Source: Trichosphaerium sp. ATCC 40318
Lineage: Eukaryota; Protista; Tubulinea
Length of the DNA stretch: 64,000 bases
Direction: 5' to 3'
Assembly (NCBI GenBank): GCA_038496445.1
Contig: JALMLS010000035.1
Span: forward strand, 46,897-110,896
Made by a program: the position numbers and the translations under genes. A model generated the notes under the pieces. That model saw only the letters and a list, made by a program, of their open reading frames with translations. It did no database searches and was not told where the DNA came from. Of the stretch, positions 24,792-36,986 are shown one piece after another; position 1 is the first letter of the stretch, and each line of letters begins with the position of its first letter.

Positions 24792-26087
24792 AAAATAAGA
24801 AAACATACATCTAGGATAAAAGTACAAGTTATTTTTTTATTTGATTGTTTTTTAGAACATGGTCCAAAAAACTCATCCATATTATGCAAGCGCTCTTCAC
24901 ATCTTGCAAAATCGAGTAAAAATTCATCGCTTGTCAATGATACCATTGCGTTGCTGAAGCTTTTGATAGAGGTTTATGAACTTGAGTCGAGAGAAATCCC
25001 TTGCTCAAGAGCCCACTCTTCAACCACTTCGCAAAACAAGTCCTCAACAGCGTCTTTGTAAAGATCCTCCACAGAGGGTTGCTGATATATCGCCAAAATG
25101 AGTGCATCGCCTGTAACCACCGGTAATGTGACGGTTGGCTCCTTTGGAGAGATTTTTAGAACCTTTGCTGGTTGCTTAGTGTTTTCACACCCTGTCTTGC
25201 TCTGGTTCTTCACTTCACGTCGGAGGATCTTGTTGTGAGCTCTGATTTCGGTTTTGAGGAGGTCATCGCGAACTACTTCCTTCGCCATAGTCTCTTGACT
25301 ACAGATGTTCGTGCAAGCACATACAGTGCCACTGGCCTCTTCTCCATGAATATTGTCATCGTTCATGGTGTACTTCTGTTTCTCAGGTTTGCCATTGCTG
25401 TTCTTCTTCTTGAAGATGCTGCAGAATGTGTTGAAACGTTGTTTGATGGAGTCGAACATTGGATGAGGTGTTTAGTTCGTTTGAGTAGATGGGTTGTGTG
25501 TTTTTGAAACTCGTGTAGTTTTTGTGAAGGAAGGGCAAGAAAGCGTGCTAATGATAGCACATTCAACGAGTTGTTGTATTTTTTTCTCAGAGTTTTATTT
25601 TAATATCTTAGCCAAACGTGCTGTGGCGCCAATGTAAACGTATGTGAGACGGTTGCATACGTCTCGGAGAAAAAGGGAAATAAGAAACTGCATTTTAAAA
25701 AAAAAGTCAGAAATAATCCCACAAGACAAACAACACAACGTGTATGCACTGGATCAACGATATTACCAACTTTCTCAGTTCTATCACCTTTTTGTAAAGC
25801 GCTAATATTTAAATTTGGCGCTTTTTCTTTAGTTTCTTTTTAGCCTTTACACGCGCCCACATGCTCAAACAGGTAGCGGATGTAACGAACGGTAACCTAC
25901 AATTCTCAAAAACTACAACAACTACACAGAAGTTAAAACAGAGCTTAAAATACCATGAGCTTTGCGCCGAGGGCCTAGAACAGATAACTTGAGTTTTTCT
26001 TCGAGCGTCAGTACATTGTACGAACGTTTTAACAATTTCAATAATCTATCCTACGCGCAGAGAATACATACGCGTAGTTAATAGTCG
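24792..26087 (-). repeat. Right arm of the ~1.3-kb inverted duplication
   Basis: See 20761-22057. Confidence 0.95.
24974..25459 (-). CDS. Intronless hypothetical protein, 161 aa (copy B)
   Basis: Paralog of 21392-21877. Confidence 0.55.
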   Translation of the reverse strand: MFDSIKQRFNTFCSIFKKKNSNGKPEKQKYTMNDDNIHGEEASGTVCACTNICSQETMAKEVVRDDLLKTEIRAHNKILRREVKNQSKTGCENTKQPAKVLKISPKEPTVTLPVVTGDALILAIYQQPSVEDLYKDAVEDLFCEVVEEWALEQGISLDSSS

Positions 26088-26224
26088 TACTTTTGTTGTA
26101 TGTAAAGAATATACCTTCACAGCTTTTTTCAGCGTTTGTAACGTTTGCCTTGGAAACGTAAGCGACTTTCTCTCAGAATTTAAACCAAACGTCATAGAGG
26201 TAGCTTGTTTTATTATCTTATTCT

Positions 26225-28118
26225 TCAAAGTACAAGAGCGATCAAAAAGTACAAGCAAATCGCCACTGAAGTAACGAATCCAGCGCTTGTGTTGGAATCA
26301 GACAAAGGAGGATCAGTTGGTGCAATTGTTGTAGGAGAACTTGTTGTTGGAGGTCCTGCTGTTGGTAATGTAGTTGGTGGAGACGTTGTTGGTGGTGGCG
26401 GACAAGCAAAGATACCTAGTGTATCATCCAAAACTAGAATTTCAGTTGTTGTGTTTGTCGCACCTTGCCTTCTTGTTTCAACTACAACCTGCCATAAATA
26501 ATTAGTTAAATCACGTGATGAGAAAAACATCGAAGAAAATAAAACTACTTACGACTGCAGCGCCACAGTTTGAGGATGGTTCGTTTATCCAAGCTACATC
26601 TGGGCGTGATGGGTTATTATTTAGGGTAGCTGGTAAAGCCTTGGTTACAAAACCATTGCTACTATCTATTGCTGCCATTTTTAGTGTTTCTTCACCATTT
26701 GCTGTAGTTGTGTAAACTGCGATAAAGGAGCTTTCATATGCTGTTGTATTATCAATGCTGAAAGTAGGCGCATCAGTCGCTAGGAATTCAGTTTCGTTTG
26801 TTATTGCTACGTTAGACAAAATCGTGAGGCCTGGATTGTTAAAGCAATCAAGTTTGAATTGTTGGACACGAAGTGTTACTCCTGAGACTGTTCCATTTCC
26901 ATAAAGCAATGCAAACTGTTTGGAAATAGGATCGTAAGATAGATCTCCATAATCTATCACGTGGGTGTCATTGAGAAGAATATTGTCGTAGAGAATCTAT
27001 TTTAGTTGATTAGTTTTTTTTTCATTTTTAGCGAGTTCGTACTTCGTCTCCAGCTTGTGTAAGTGCAGATACAAATATTCCATTGATGTTTTCTTTTTTG
27101 TAAGCAGAAATATAACATCCTTCTACCGCAGTTGCTGTTCCAAAATCTATTCTATCTTGGGTAACTATAAAACAGTTAGATGTTTTTGCGCAAGCTGTTA
27201 TTTCCGTACAATTGACCCCATATCTAGGTGACATTGTTTCGTTTCTGCTGATTTGATCAATAAATACCGGGATTAGTCCATCCACGTTCTTGACAATCAT
27301 GTATGTATTGGTATCTAGAAGAACAAATGAGCGATTGTTGTCAATGATGCTCGGTTTGCCGACCTGCAAAAAAACCGCTAAAAACTAGTTTTTTTAACGT
27401 GGTAGTAAACGTACCGGAGTCGTAAGTGAATCCATACTCAGCGTTGTATTGGCTAAAAGTGGTGATGGTTTGAGCCGACGAGACTTCGAAACTCTGGGAA
27501 AGCAAGCTCATTAGCAATTCGTTTCTGAGTTGTGTTTTTTGCGTACACCATTATTTGACGTTACAAAACGCACTACACAAGGGATTTCTACTACCCGTCT
27601 TTTGAAAGCTCCAAAAGTGGTCGCACAGTATAATATAGCAAACTCGTTTTTACCATATACTACACTCACAGCGCGATGGCCTGTCCCGTTGTTAAACCTA
27701 AAGGTAGTACTACTGTTGCTTTGGATATCTACAGATAAACTTAGTAAAAATATGATGACGGGTGTTTGGTCATACCTTGAAGTGATCCAACTGTTACTAG
27801 TATACCTGCCCCGCCTCTAGGCGTAATTATTCGCTTATCCTGTAAGAGGTCTGCCACAACAGTTGACACGGAGCAAACTACAAGTCCTTTGTCCTCAATA
27901 ACTCCAGTTGCGACTACTGGTTCTTCTAGACCTTCCTGGCTTCTTGTAACCAAGAACGAGTCCAATCCTTTTTGGCGCATATCAGTCCAGGTATTGAAGC
28001 TTGCGGCTAAGAAGAGGAGTTAGAAGAGCGAACTTCTTTTTTTTTTTGATTCCGACATACACGAAGACGTGAACAGTATTGCGATTACACAAACGGTAAT
28101 ATAAGTTAGCTTACTCAT
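26225..28118 (-). CDS. Secreted, probably GPI-anchored surface protein, multi-exon
   Basis: Signal peptide MSKLTYITVCVIAILF, beta-rich body, PPTT repeats, terminal hydrophobic tail SAGFVTSVAICLYFLIALVL*. Confidence 0.7.
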
Positions 28119-28580
28119 TTGTTGCGATACAGAAGTAGATAATTAATAATGAACACAAGGTTTTGGTTCATATTCACTGAAAAAACGGTTCTTCTCATGA
28201 ATTTTTGAACAAGTGTGGATGATAGTGGTAATCCAAAGTACTTCTCATGAGAAACTCGACAGTGTGTAGAACACCTGTGTGAACCTATTAAAAACATTAG
28301 CAAAGCCAACAACAAACGTCCAAACGCTACTACACCACGAGAACTTAGATTGTTTGCTCCATTTCGTTATGTACGAAAACCACTTTTGTGACCTCGTGAG
28401 AATTGTACAGCGACTGACAACAAACTTTGTTGGTAGTTTATCATACTTTCGAAAAGGAGGTGGTTAAAAGCAAAAAACAGAAGGCGTTTAGTTTACTATA
28501 TTGTAATTCTATTGTATATTTATTTTTTACTAACTTTTGTGTAATGCAGCATAAAATCTGGCTTTACGTATTATGCAGAT

Positions 28581-31111
28581 TTACAACAAGCTCAAGATTG
28601 CGAATACAACTAAGAGTAATAAAGATGGTGCGTATGTCATGGCAGCCTAAGAAATACCGTCAGCATGAAGCTAAAAATACGCTAAAAAAAGCCTTCGTCT
28701 TCAAAAAAAGTAATTAAAAAAAGTGCGTACAGAGTTAGCTGATCTACTAGCTGTAGCAGGTACAAGCTCAACTTGATCAACATATACAACAGCATCGCTA
28801 CTTCCAGGAGTATTACGTTGCATCATGAAACCTTGCATTCTATTTTGTCCGCTTGAGATATCAGCGACATGGATCTCGTACTAAAAAAAAGGGGTAAGAA
28901 ATTGTACTTGGTATTACAGAGAGAAACAATCGCAAACTCGTACTTTTCTCCATGAGTTTGTCAATGTTCCTCCATTGACGTTTTTGATTTCACTAGCGCC
29001 TGATACGACATTACCATATCTGTACATTCCCATTTTGAATGCGAATGTCTGTGAAGAGCGTGCCCAGAACTCGATTCTGATGTTTCTATCGATACATTCA
29101 TCGTCATTCTGAATAGGAAAAAAGTAAGTATTTACAAACGCTAACACTCCAATACGAACGTACATTACAGACAAATTTAAGACCAGCCCAAGCACCATGT
29201 GGTTTCCATTCCATAGAATGAGAACCAAATTTTTTGCGGCTGGAAACAGTATCGCTGTGAAACGAAGTTAGCTTCAAAGATCATATTCAAAGACAAAAAT
29301 ACTTACTAGTCAGATCCCCAGCTTTGTAAGTAGAATCCTGGTTCCATCGAATCAGAAAAGATAACTTGACCCGTTGGTGGAGGTTGTGTAGTTGGCTTTT
29401 CTGTAGGTGGAGGGGTGTTAGGTGCAGCGGTACCTGAATTACCCAATTTTTCTGCGAAGATTGTTGTTAGTCTTTTGTAATAAACAACGTTTAGCTGTTG
29501 CGTACTCATTTCACCAGTCATAAAACCAAGTGCCATCACGTGAAGAATATCAGCAAAGTAATCAGCGTTGTTACCACCAGTATCATGACTATTAATGTAG
29601 TTCCAGATGGCAGTTCTGAAAGAGTCGGAGGCAGAGTCGATGGTAGCACCTTAAAGTCAATACTAAGTCGAAAACCGTAGAAGAGAAGTTTTTAAAGCTT
29701 CTACGTACAACAAGCGGCTGGTGAGACGAAAGCTACATTTCCGTTGTTCCAGCAGTTGTTTGGAGAAGCAGCATCACGTGCACATTCTCCAAAAGCAGAA
29801 GGGTTCATACCAACGAATGAGTTCATTTTGCTGCAGATCTCAATAGCTCTTGCCTACAAGCAACAATTAACACTGACTGCGTTATGATAAGTATCATTCA
29901 ATGACGTACATCATTAAACCAAGCAGCGTCCATACCCAAACGGAAAGGAATACGGGTGGAATCCCAGTCGTAGTGTTGATTCTTACCGTGATTACAAGCA
30001 CCACCGTCAACGTTGGTCCAGCCCTTAATAAGACCAGTTCTTGAATCCATTGATTTGTCCATAATAGAGTAAGAAGTATCTGTTAAAGAGTTCCAGAACT
30101 GAGCATTGCCGTCCCAAGAACCGCTCTTAAACTCTTTGTAGTATGCTTGAGCAAAGTATGAAGGGTTTGTACAATCTCTACCACCCCATGTGTCACCGTT
30201 CTTAAGAACTCTTGTGTTCTGGTTTACAGTATCAACTTCTGCGACACGGATAGTCTCGATCATCGCTTTACCGTCTGTCTCATACTTAGAATCGCCCCAA
30301 ATCTCAAAGGCCTTCATTAATGCCCAAGCCTAAATGGAAAAGTTAACACAACAACTAGACTGCAAACAAAAAAGAAAGTCGGTTTTTCGGGTAACTACAG
30401 GTCAAAGTAGTAAACGCACCATATCTTCTTCAGCATCTGTGGCGCAATCGATACCGATTTTTTGACCAGCAGAGTTAATTTGCCAAGACATACATCCAGG
30501 TGGATTCTTCAATTTAGCAGTACCGTACGTCCACAAGCCATCAAACAAATCCCTTTCGGAGTATTAGAAATACCGCAAATCACATGAAAAAAAAAATCCG
30601 TTGAAAAGTTCAAAAAAAGAGAATTTGAACGAATGAACTGTTACAGAAACCACGTGATTTTTTTTCGTTTCAAAAACGTACTTGTCCTCTGCTACTACGG
30701 CTATTACCATACCATAGGCGATACCTTCGCTTACAGTATCATCCTAAATAAAGCGAACCAATTAGCATTTAAACTATTTTGTAACAGCTCAAGAAAAAAA
30801 AACTTGCGTTTCACGTACGCCATTGTTGTTGCGGATAACGCGAAGACCTGGGTTGCCAGCTGTAACATATCTCTGCTTCCATTTACCAAACTCGCGAATG
30901 AAGTCAGCTTTTGTGCCGAGAGGCTTGAAGCCTATAAAAAGTTAGAACGAGCAAAAGTTTACTTTAGTTGGGTTTTTTTTGGGTGGTCGTAAAGTGACGG
31001 AGAAACGTACCATCTACGAGAGCAATCGTAGCAAAAATCGCTAAAAGTACAAGCCTACGTATGTGTTAATCAGCATAATAATACATCTTCCGCTTACGTT
31101 GCTGCTTTCAT
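28581..31111 (-). CDS. Glycoside hydrolase family 8 with C-terminal CBM-like domain and GPI-type tail, multi-exon
   Basis: GH8 motifs DTVSEGIAYGM, ATDAEEDMAWAL, NPSYFAQAYY, WDSTRIPFRLGMD. P/T linker, beta-sandwich ending VVYVDQVELV, hydrophobic C-terminus LLLLVVFAILSLL*. Confidence 0.88.
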
Positions 31112-33012
31112 GGTGATTTGGGCGTTGTGTGAAAAAAAAATTGTGTAAAGAAACAGTGAACGAATGTGCTACAACGATGCACATAACGTAAAAGAAAGGA
31201 TTACTCAGTTGTCGTTTCGTTCATTTTCCACGTGAGAACAACTAGGCCTACTTGTTTGATTGAACGGTGAACTTACTTTTATGCTCGAAGTTTCCAGGTT
31301 GTAAAACAAAGCAAGCTGAAAGCATTACGTTATTTCTCAACGTAATAGTAAACGACGTAAACATACTCCTCGTTCCCAACATCGTAAAATGTTGTCGTAT
31401 TTCTTGTACTGGTAAGGGTACTGAGTACTTACCACATTGTTAACTTTACTTTCGGACACGCTTAGGACGCGTCGTCGCTCATTTTGTGTCCGTTGACACA
31501 TTACTTTTCGCTGCGCTTGCAATGGCGCTAGTAAGAAAGAAAAAAAAAACAACTTTAACCTCTATCACGTGGGTATATCCATTCAGGTATTTATAGGCTT
31601 GTAAAGTTTAAAACTGCCCTTCCCTTTTTAAAGCCCAAACCCTTTTTAATCCTAAAAACGCCTTCCACAGCGCATACTCTATTGAAGCGCTAGCTACCCA
31701 TCACAGATTTTCTGTAAATCTTAACAGACAGGACGTTTATTTAGGCTCACAACAATTACTGCACGTCCACTTCGTGCCTAACCATCCATTACAGCCAACC
31801 TGGCGCCAACATGATCACTAAACCAGCTACTGAGCGTCAAGGACAAACTAACTACTCTACTACTCTTGTGTGTACAAACATCACTGTCTGTGGTCGAGTG
31901 AAGCTTGAAAACAATAGATAGTATTATTACAGTGCATAACGGCTTCTTATCACGTGGTGAATCAAAAATTGTTTTAACCTCCGCAACAAACTTGTCTCGC
32001 CCAGCCTAGAAATACTCTTGCGTACGTTTTATTGAATTTTGAACATTGCAGTACTTTCTCACCGAGCACAAAACTGTGCTAGACGGCAAAAAATATAGGC
32101 CGAATAAGCCTTACATTTACACATTTACCAACAGCGTAATCAACGTACTTGGCTTCTCTTTGCATTCACAAAATGCTTTTTGCTACAACGCTAGTTGCTG
32201 TTTGTGGTAAGACTGCGTGTAGCGCTACTTCTCATTGTGACCTCGCTCTGTCTATGGAAAGTTTTTGCAAGGTTTCTCCGCTTGTGCTTGGCTTGTGCTG
32301 AAGCTTGAGTATCTAGTAGAATCAGGTCCATTGCGCTTAGTTCGCAAACGCAATGGCGGCATACAGTATAACCCAAAGTAATTAGCAACTACCTATTCAA
32401 GACACAGAATCTACTCTGAGCTAACGTTTTAGTTATCTTTTCCTTGACCGAACAGTATCCAAACTAGATGTCACATACGTGCACGCGTATTGCAATGATC
32501 TTTACGATAGATTGTATGTATGGACCGTTTATGTAACAAGTCGTGTACTCTCGGATGTGAAGTGCAAACTTTCACAACGCAAGAGTGCCACTTTTTTTTT
32601 TCAAAAGAATTTCGTTGTAAACGCTGTCTACCTTGGTCCACCACTAGCGGTTTCTGGCCCCATTCTGGTATTAAAACAAAAAGATATGATCAAATACAAC
32701 CTATTCAGATATGTATTCTGCTGATGAATAAACAACTAGTGCCTTTGATGACTCAAAATTTTTTCGAATTATTTTAATTTTTATTGTTTTTGACTTTTAA
32801 GTCGTTTACAGTTTTCTCAACATCGTAGTGCTCCGTTACTTACGCTGTTTCACCAACAAAACCAGCACTACATCATCTCTTACACTTGATGTCCTATACA
32901 TACGTCACGTGATTTCCACGTGACTTATACTGATATTTTCATTGGCTTATTTGACATTCAGTTATTAGTCCCGTTCTGCTACCCGAAGTCATTCATTTGT
33001 ACTCTATTTAGG

Positions 33013-33783
33013 ATGTTTCATACACTCGCAGTAAAACAAGATACTTGTCACCTATTACACCTCCCACCCGAGATTCAGCTCGATATTATAGATTTAGACG
33101 CATCAGTGTACCTGTGTTATCCACTGCTTTCAAAGAGTACTGCAAAGAGCACAAGGTACAATAAAGAGTTGAAAAAGCATGGAAAATGGCTGCGACGAAG
33201 GCTCAACAACACTGTGGTTAAACAGTATTGGAAACATGGCGTAAAACATGGAGAATTCAAGAAGTGGCATAACAATGGCGAATTGAAGCAGCTGTGCCTC
33301 TTTATCAACGGTAGCCTTAATGGAGAGTACAAGAACTGGTATAAGAACGGTCAAATACAAAAACAATGTACTTTTGTCAATAGTAAAATAGATGGTAAGT
33401 ACAGTATGTGGTATGATGATGGCCAACTCAACAAAGAAATTTCCTACATTAATGATAAGCGAGAAGGAGAAGCAAAGTGGTGGCATACTAATGGCCAATT
33501 GGAAATGCTGCATAACTATGTTAATGATAAACAAGAAGGAGAAACCAAGCGGTGGTATGATAATGGTCAGTTGAATGAATGTTATAATTATGTCAATGGA
33601 ATACAAGAGGGAGAGTGTAAAAAATGGTGCATCAATGGTCAATTACGTACTCAGTGCAATTACATCAAGGGTAAGCTACATGGAGAGTACAAGAAGTGGG
33701 ATTTCAACAGGCTTTTGGTGAAGCATTGCAAGTACGTCAATGGTAAAAAAGTAGGAGTAACGTTCTCAAACTCTGAATATTGA
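33013..33783 (+). CDS. Intronless F-box-like + MORN-variant (YwqK-type) repeat protein
   Basis: LLHLPPEIQLDII N-terminus followed by about seven 24-aa repeats GEYKxWYxNGQLxxxCxYVNG. Confidence 0.9.
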   Translation: MFHTLAVKQDTCHLLHLPPEIQLDIIDLDASVYLCYPLLSKSTAKSTRYNKELKKHGKWLRRRLNNTVVKQYWKHGVKHGEFKKWHNNGELKQLCLFINGSLNGEYKNWYKNGQIQKQCTFVNSKIDGKYSMWYDDGQLNKEISYINDKREGEAKWWHTNGQLEMLHNYVNDKQEGETKRWYDNGQLNECYNYVNGIQEGECKKWCINGQLRTQCNYIKGKLHGEYKKWDFNRLLVKHCKYVNGKKVGVTFSNSEY

Positions 33784-33874
33784 ATGCAGTGTAAATATGA
33801 ATAAAATAGAACGACCAAAAGTGCTATTTTGGTATGCAATGAAAATAAGGATTGTATTACTTTGTTTTTTGAGT

Positions 33875-36790
33875 GTTTAAACTCATTCCTTCAAATGGTA
33901 CCAAAAATACGTTCTGCAACAATTTTTCTCTATGATTGACCAAGCTGCCTTGCTTCCATTTTTGGCAAAAGTTTTAACAACCCTTTTTGAAGGCTTTGGA
34001 CCCATACATGTGCACAATAATGACATTTACAGTGATTGAGGGTATACATGGCAATATAAACACATGTGGGGTCACGGAAAAGCACAAACAAATGCCAACT
34101 TTATTTGAATCTTTTTGGTATTCAAATTGATTTTTTTTTTTTTTTAAGTCTAGGTTTACTATACAAGGACGGCTCACCGAGCCAACGATTACAAGCAATT
34201 ATTTGCATACAAGATACATAGTTCCTTCGATCGCCAACAGAGCACCAAAAACGCGAAGCTACGAACTTCCGCCCAAAATGTTAAAAGGGATTTGAACCCT
34301 TCCCATCCTTTCCACCTGACTATTAGAGGAGAAAACCAACTCCCAGTTGACCGGACAAGTCAAATGGTAATTGTAAGGTTGTAGCGATAAATGTAAGTTT
34401 TGTTGAATATGTGTTGAATCTGTTTCCATGTGTCATCGAGCTCATCTTTAATTACTTTTCTATGAACCGAAATTGGCAACAGACCTTTCGAATGTGTAGC
34501 GTTGTTGTAAATCTTCCATGTCCATTTGATCAGTATAGCCATAGCTACCTGATTATACAAGCTTAAGGAAGACAGTTTGTGAAGTGTGTCAGAATTATAA
34601 GGGAAAGCTAACTGTAACGACTTAACCGTCAGACGAGCTAAATCAGCCGGTGGCGATTTAAAAAGGATCCAAGAAGGATGGTCCTGTTCGGACTTGAAAC
34701 TGCAGTTTAACATACGCAAAATAGCACGCAGAACATAGTCACGCAACAGAGGAAACTTTGCAAAAATTTTGGAAGAGTGTAATTGTGTGAAGGTTTTACG
34801 AAGTGCCTCACCATGGACCTTAAGCATCTTTTTGATGGTAGGTGTGAGGTCATCTTTCACTTCATCTAATGTGAAAGCATACAGATCACGGGCGCTTCTA
34901 GGCCCTTTGACAACTTTGGCAAGAATCTGGGCCTCAGTGAGGCCCTTGAAAGGAGCATTTAGGGACTGCCACGCATTGCGGCATTGAGTGTAATGGTATG
35001 AAGCCACGTCCTTCGACCAATGAGAACCGTGGTAATTAAACCACAGATTCCACAGGCCGTGGTATGGCTCAGAACCATAACTAAAAATAAATTTTTCCCA
35101 AGTGGAGGCTAAAAGTGCTAGGTTAAAACGTTTAGGTTGTAACAGACTGAAGCCACCGGAATGTATAGGGTTGAATAACCTAGAGGGCTTACGATAAGTA
35201 GCTTTGGAGGGAAAAAACAGCGTCGAGGCTGCCCTCTCAATAGCAGCTATCTGCCACTGGTTGGCTAGAATAAAGCGGAACTGATATAAAAAGAGAGATA
35301 GTATAAGAGGAGTAGATGGTTTTTTTGGAGATGAGGGTACGCGTCATTGAATGCCAGCGGCTAACCTTAGTATTCATCTTGCTAACAACATCCCAAACGG
35401 TATTTTTGAGACCTGTAGACTTGCAAAAAGATGTACCAAGGTACCTAACCTCGTTAACAGACTGAAAGGCACAGCCGTCAAAATTGGAAATAGAAAAACA
35501 CTTAGAGCGGTTGGCAATTAAACCTATGGTTGCTTTAGCTCCTCTGAGAACGTCCTGTATAATGAGAGACTCCTCAGGTGATATGCTAATGGCAGCTACA
35601 TCGTCAGCAAAACCAAGGGAAGAAATGTGCTTTTTGTGGAGAGCTATACCACTAAGCCTCTCACGAAACTTTACCAGAATGGGTTCCATAGTGAGAACAA
35701 ATAATGTAGGAGAAAGAGGGTCTCCTTGCTTTACACCCCTAGTAATCTGGAAGGGTTCTGAAAGCGTGCGATTTACAACGATTTGGAACCATGTGTCACT
35801 TAGACAGGCTTGGATTAGTCGCATAAATGGCCTAGGAACTTTGAAGTGTGATAGTGTGCGTATGATAGCCTTATGGCATACAGAGTCAAACGCTTTTTGA
35901 AAATCTAGAAAGGCAAAATCGTACATAGGTACTGCTTCAGAGATGATAGCCTGGTGGATAGTTTCCTCCAAGGTGATGATGTTAGTGGCAATATCCCTGC
36001 CCGGTACAAACCCACATTGTGTGGAGTCAACAACATGTACCAGTATTGGGAGGAGTCGCTTGTTAAGAAGAGTGGTGAGGAGTTTGTAGTCGGTGTTAAG
36101 GAGAGCCAGAGGTCGACGGTTACGAGGATCACGGACATCGCCTTTGCCTTTATAAAGTGTGAGAAGAAGTCTTTTTTTAAATTGGGGAGGCATGGACTTA
36201 GGATGCCGCAAAAGGTGATTAAATATTCTACGGAACATGGCCGTGAACGTAGCATTATTCTTGTAGAAGAAAGCAGGAATTCCATCTATCCCGGGAGATG
36301 AGAAAGACTTCATACTTTTGATGGCAGTAGTGACTTCTTTGTCAGTGAAGCTATCAGCCATCTTTTCTAATAGTTCAAGAGGTATATTTCTAGGAGCATT
36401 ACGGAGGAACCTACCATGACGTCGGGGTTTGGTAAGTTTAGCAGCAAACAAATTCTTATAGAATTGGGTGAGTATGAATGATATATTAGATGTACCGGTA
36501 CGAACTTTACCGGCAGAATCGCGCATGCTCATGAGCATTGCGCTTTTAGAACGTGCCTTTAAACGTGCTGTGAGGAGTTTTTGTGGCACTTCATCAATAG
36601 TGAAGTCACCTAGGCCAGTTTTAAGCATTCGCGCTTCAGTAAAGAAATTGATTTATTCATAACTGCTAATATTCATAGTTTGAGAATGTTAAGAGGGAGT
36701 TTACAAAAGATGGTTTGAAAATGGCCAACTACGGAACAGATGCAGGTATGCAAAAGGTGATCCAGATGGAAAGTACAAAGTGGCAATCGT
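33875..36790 (+). pseudogene. Decayed second F-box/MORN paralog split by the LINE
   Basis: Left flank carries frameshifted LQQFFSMIDQAALLPFLAK and HG/KHMWGHGKAQTNANFI. Right flank (about 36693-36785) reads EGVYKRWFENGQLRNRCRYAKGDPDGKYK. Confidence 0.6.
34131..36644 (-). mobile_element. 5'-truncated non-LTR retrotransposon (L1/Tx1 group, Dictyostelium TRE-like ORF2)
   Basis: RT motifs SSPGIDG, NRRPLALLNTDYK, QCGFVPGR, LDFQKAFDSV, GVKQGDPLSP, FADD. One frameshift near 35290, then frame open to 34360. Poly(A) at 34131-34145. TSD AAATTGATTT at 34124-34133 and 36645-36654. No endonuclease or ORF1. Confidence 0.93.
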
Positions 36791-36986
36791 AAACTGTTGA
36801 AAAACAGTACATACAAAAAAAGGTACATATCATTTTTAGGTTTTTATTGTAATAGCTGTTAGGACTGTGGTTAGAACCTGGTTCTAAAATAATAATCAAA
36901 ACTACCTGACTGATTTAAATAAAATACGATGTGTTGCTTAACAATAAAATGCAGCAATAGGTATTTTTATTTTAGTTGTAGTTCTT

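Noticed and set aside
20761-26087. Composite transposon or Polinton with long TIRs
   Set aside because: The interior is an ordinary spliced host gene, with no transposase, integrase or TSD.
31200-32900. Short ORFs between the GH8 and MORN genes, and many other 60-170-aa ORFs in the track
   Set aside because: No coherent spliced model or recognisable motif. Most track ORFs are antisense shadows or exon-plus-intron read-throughs.
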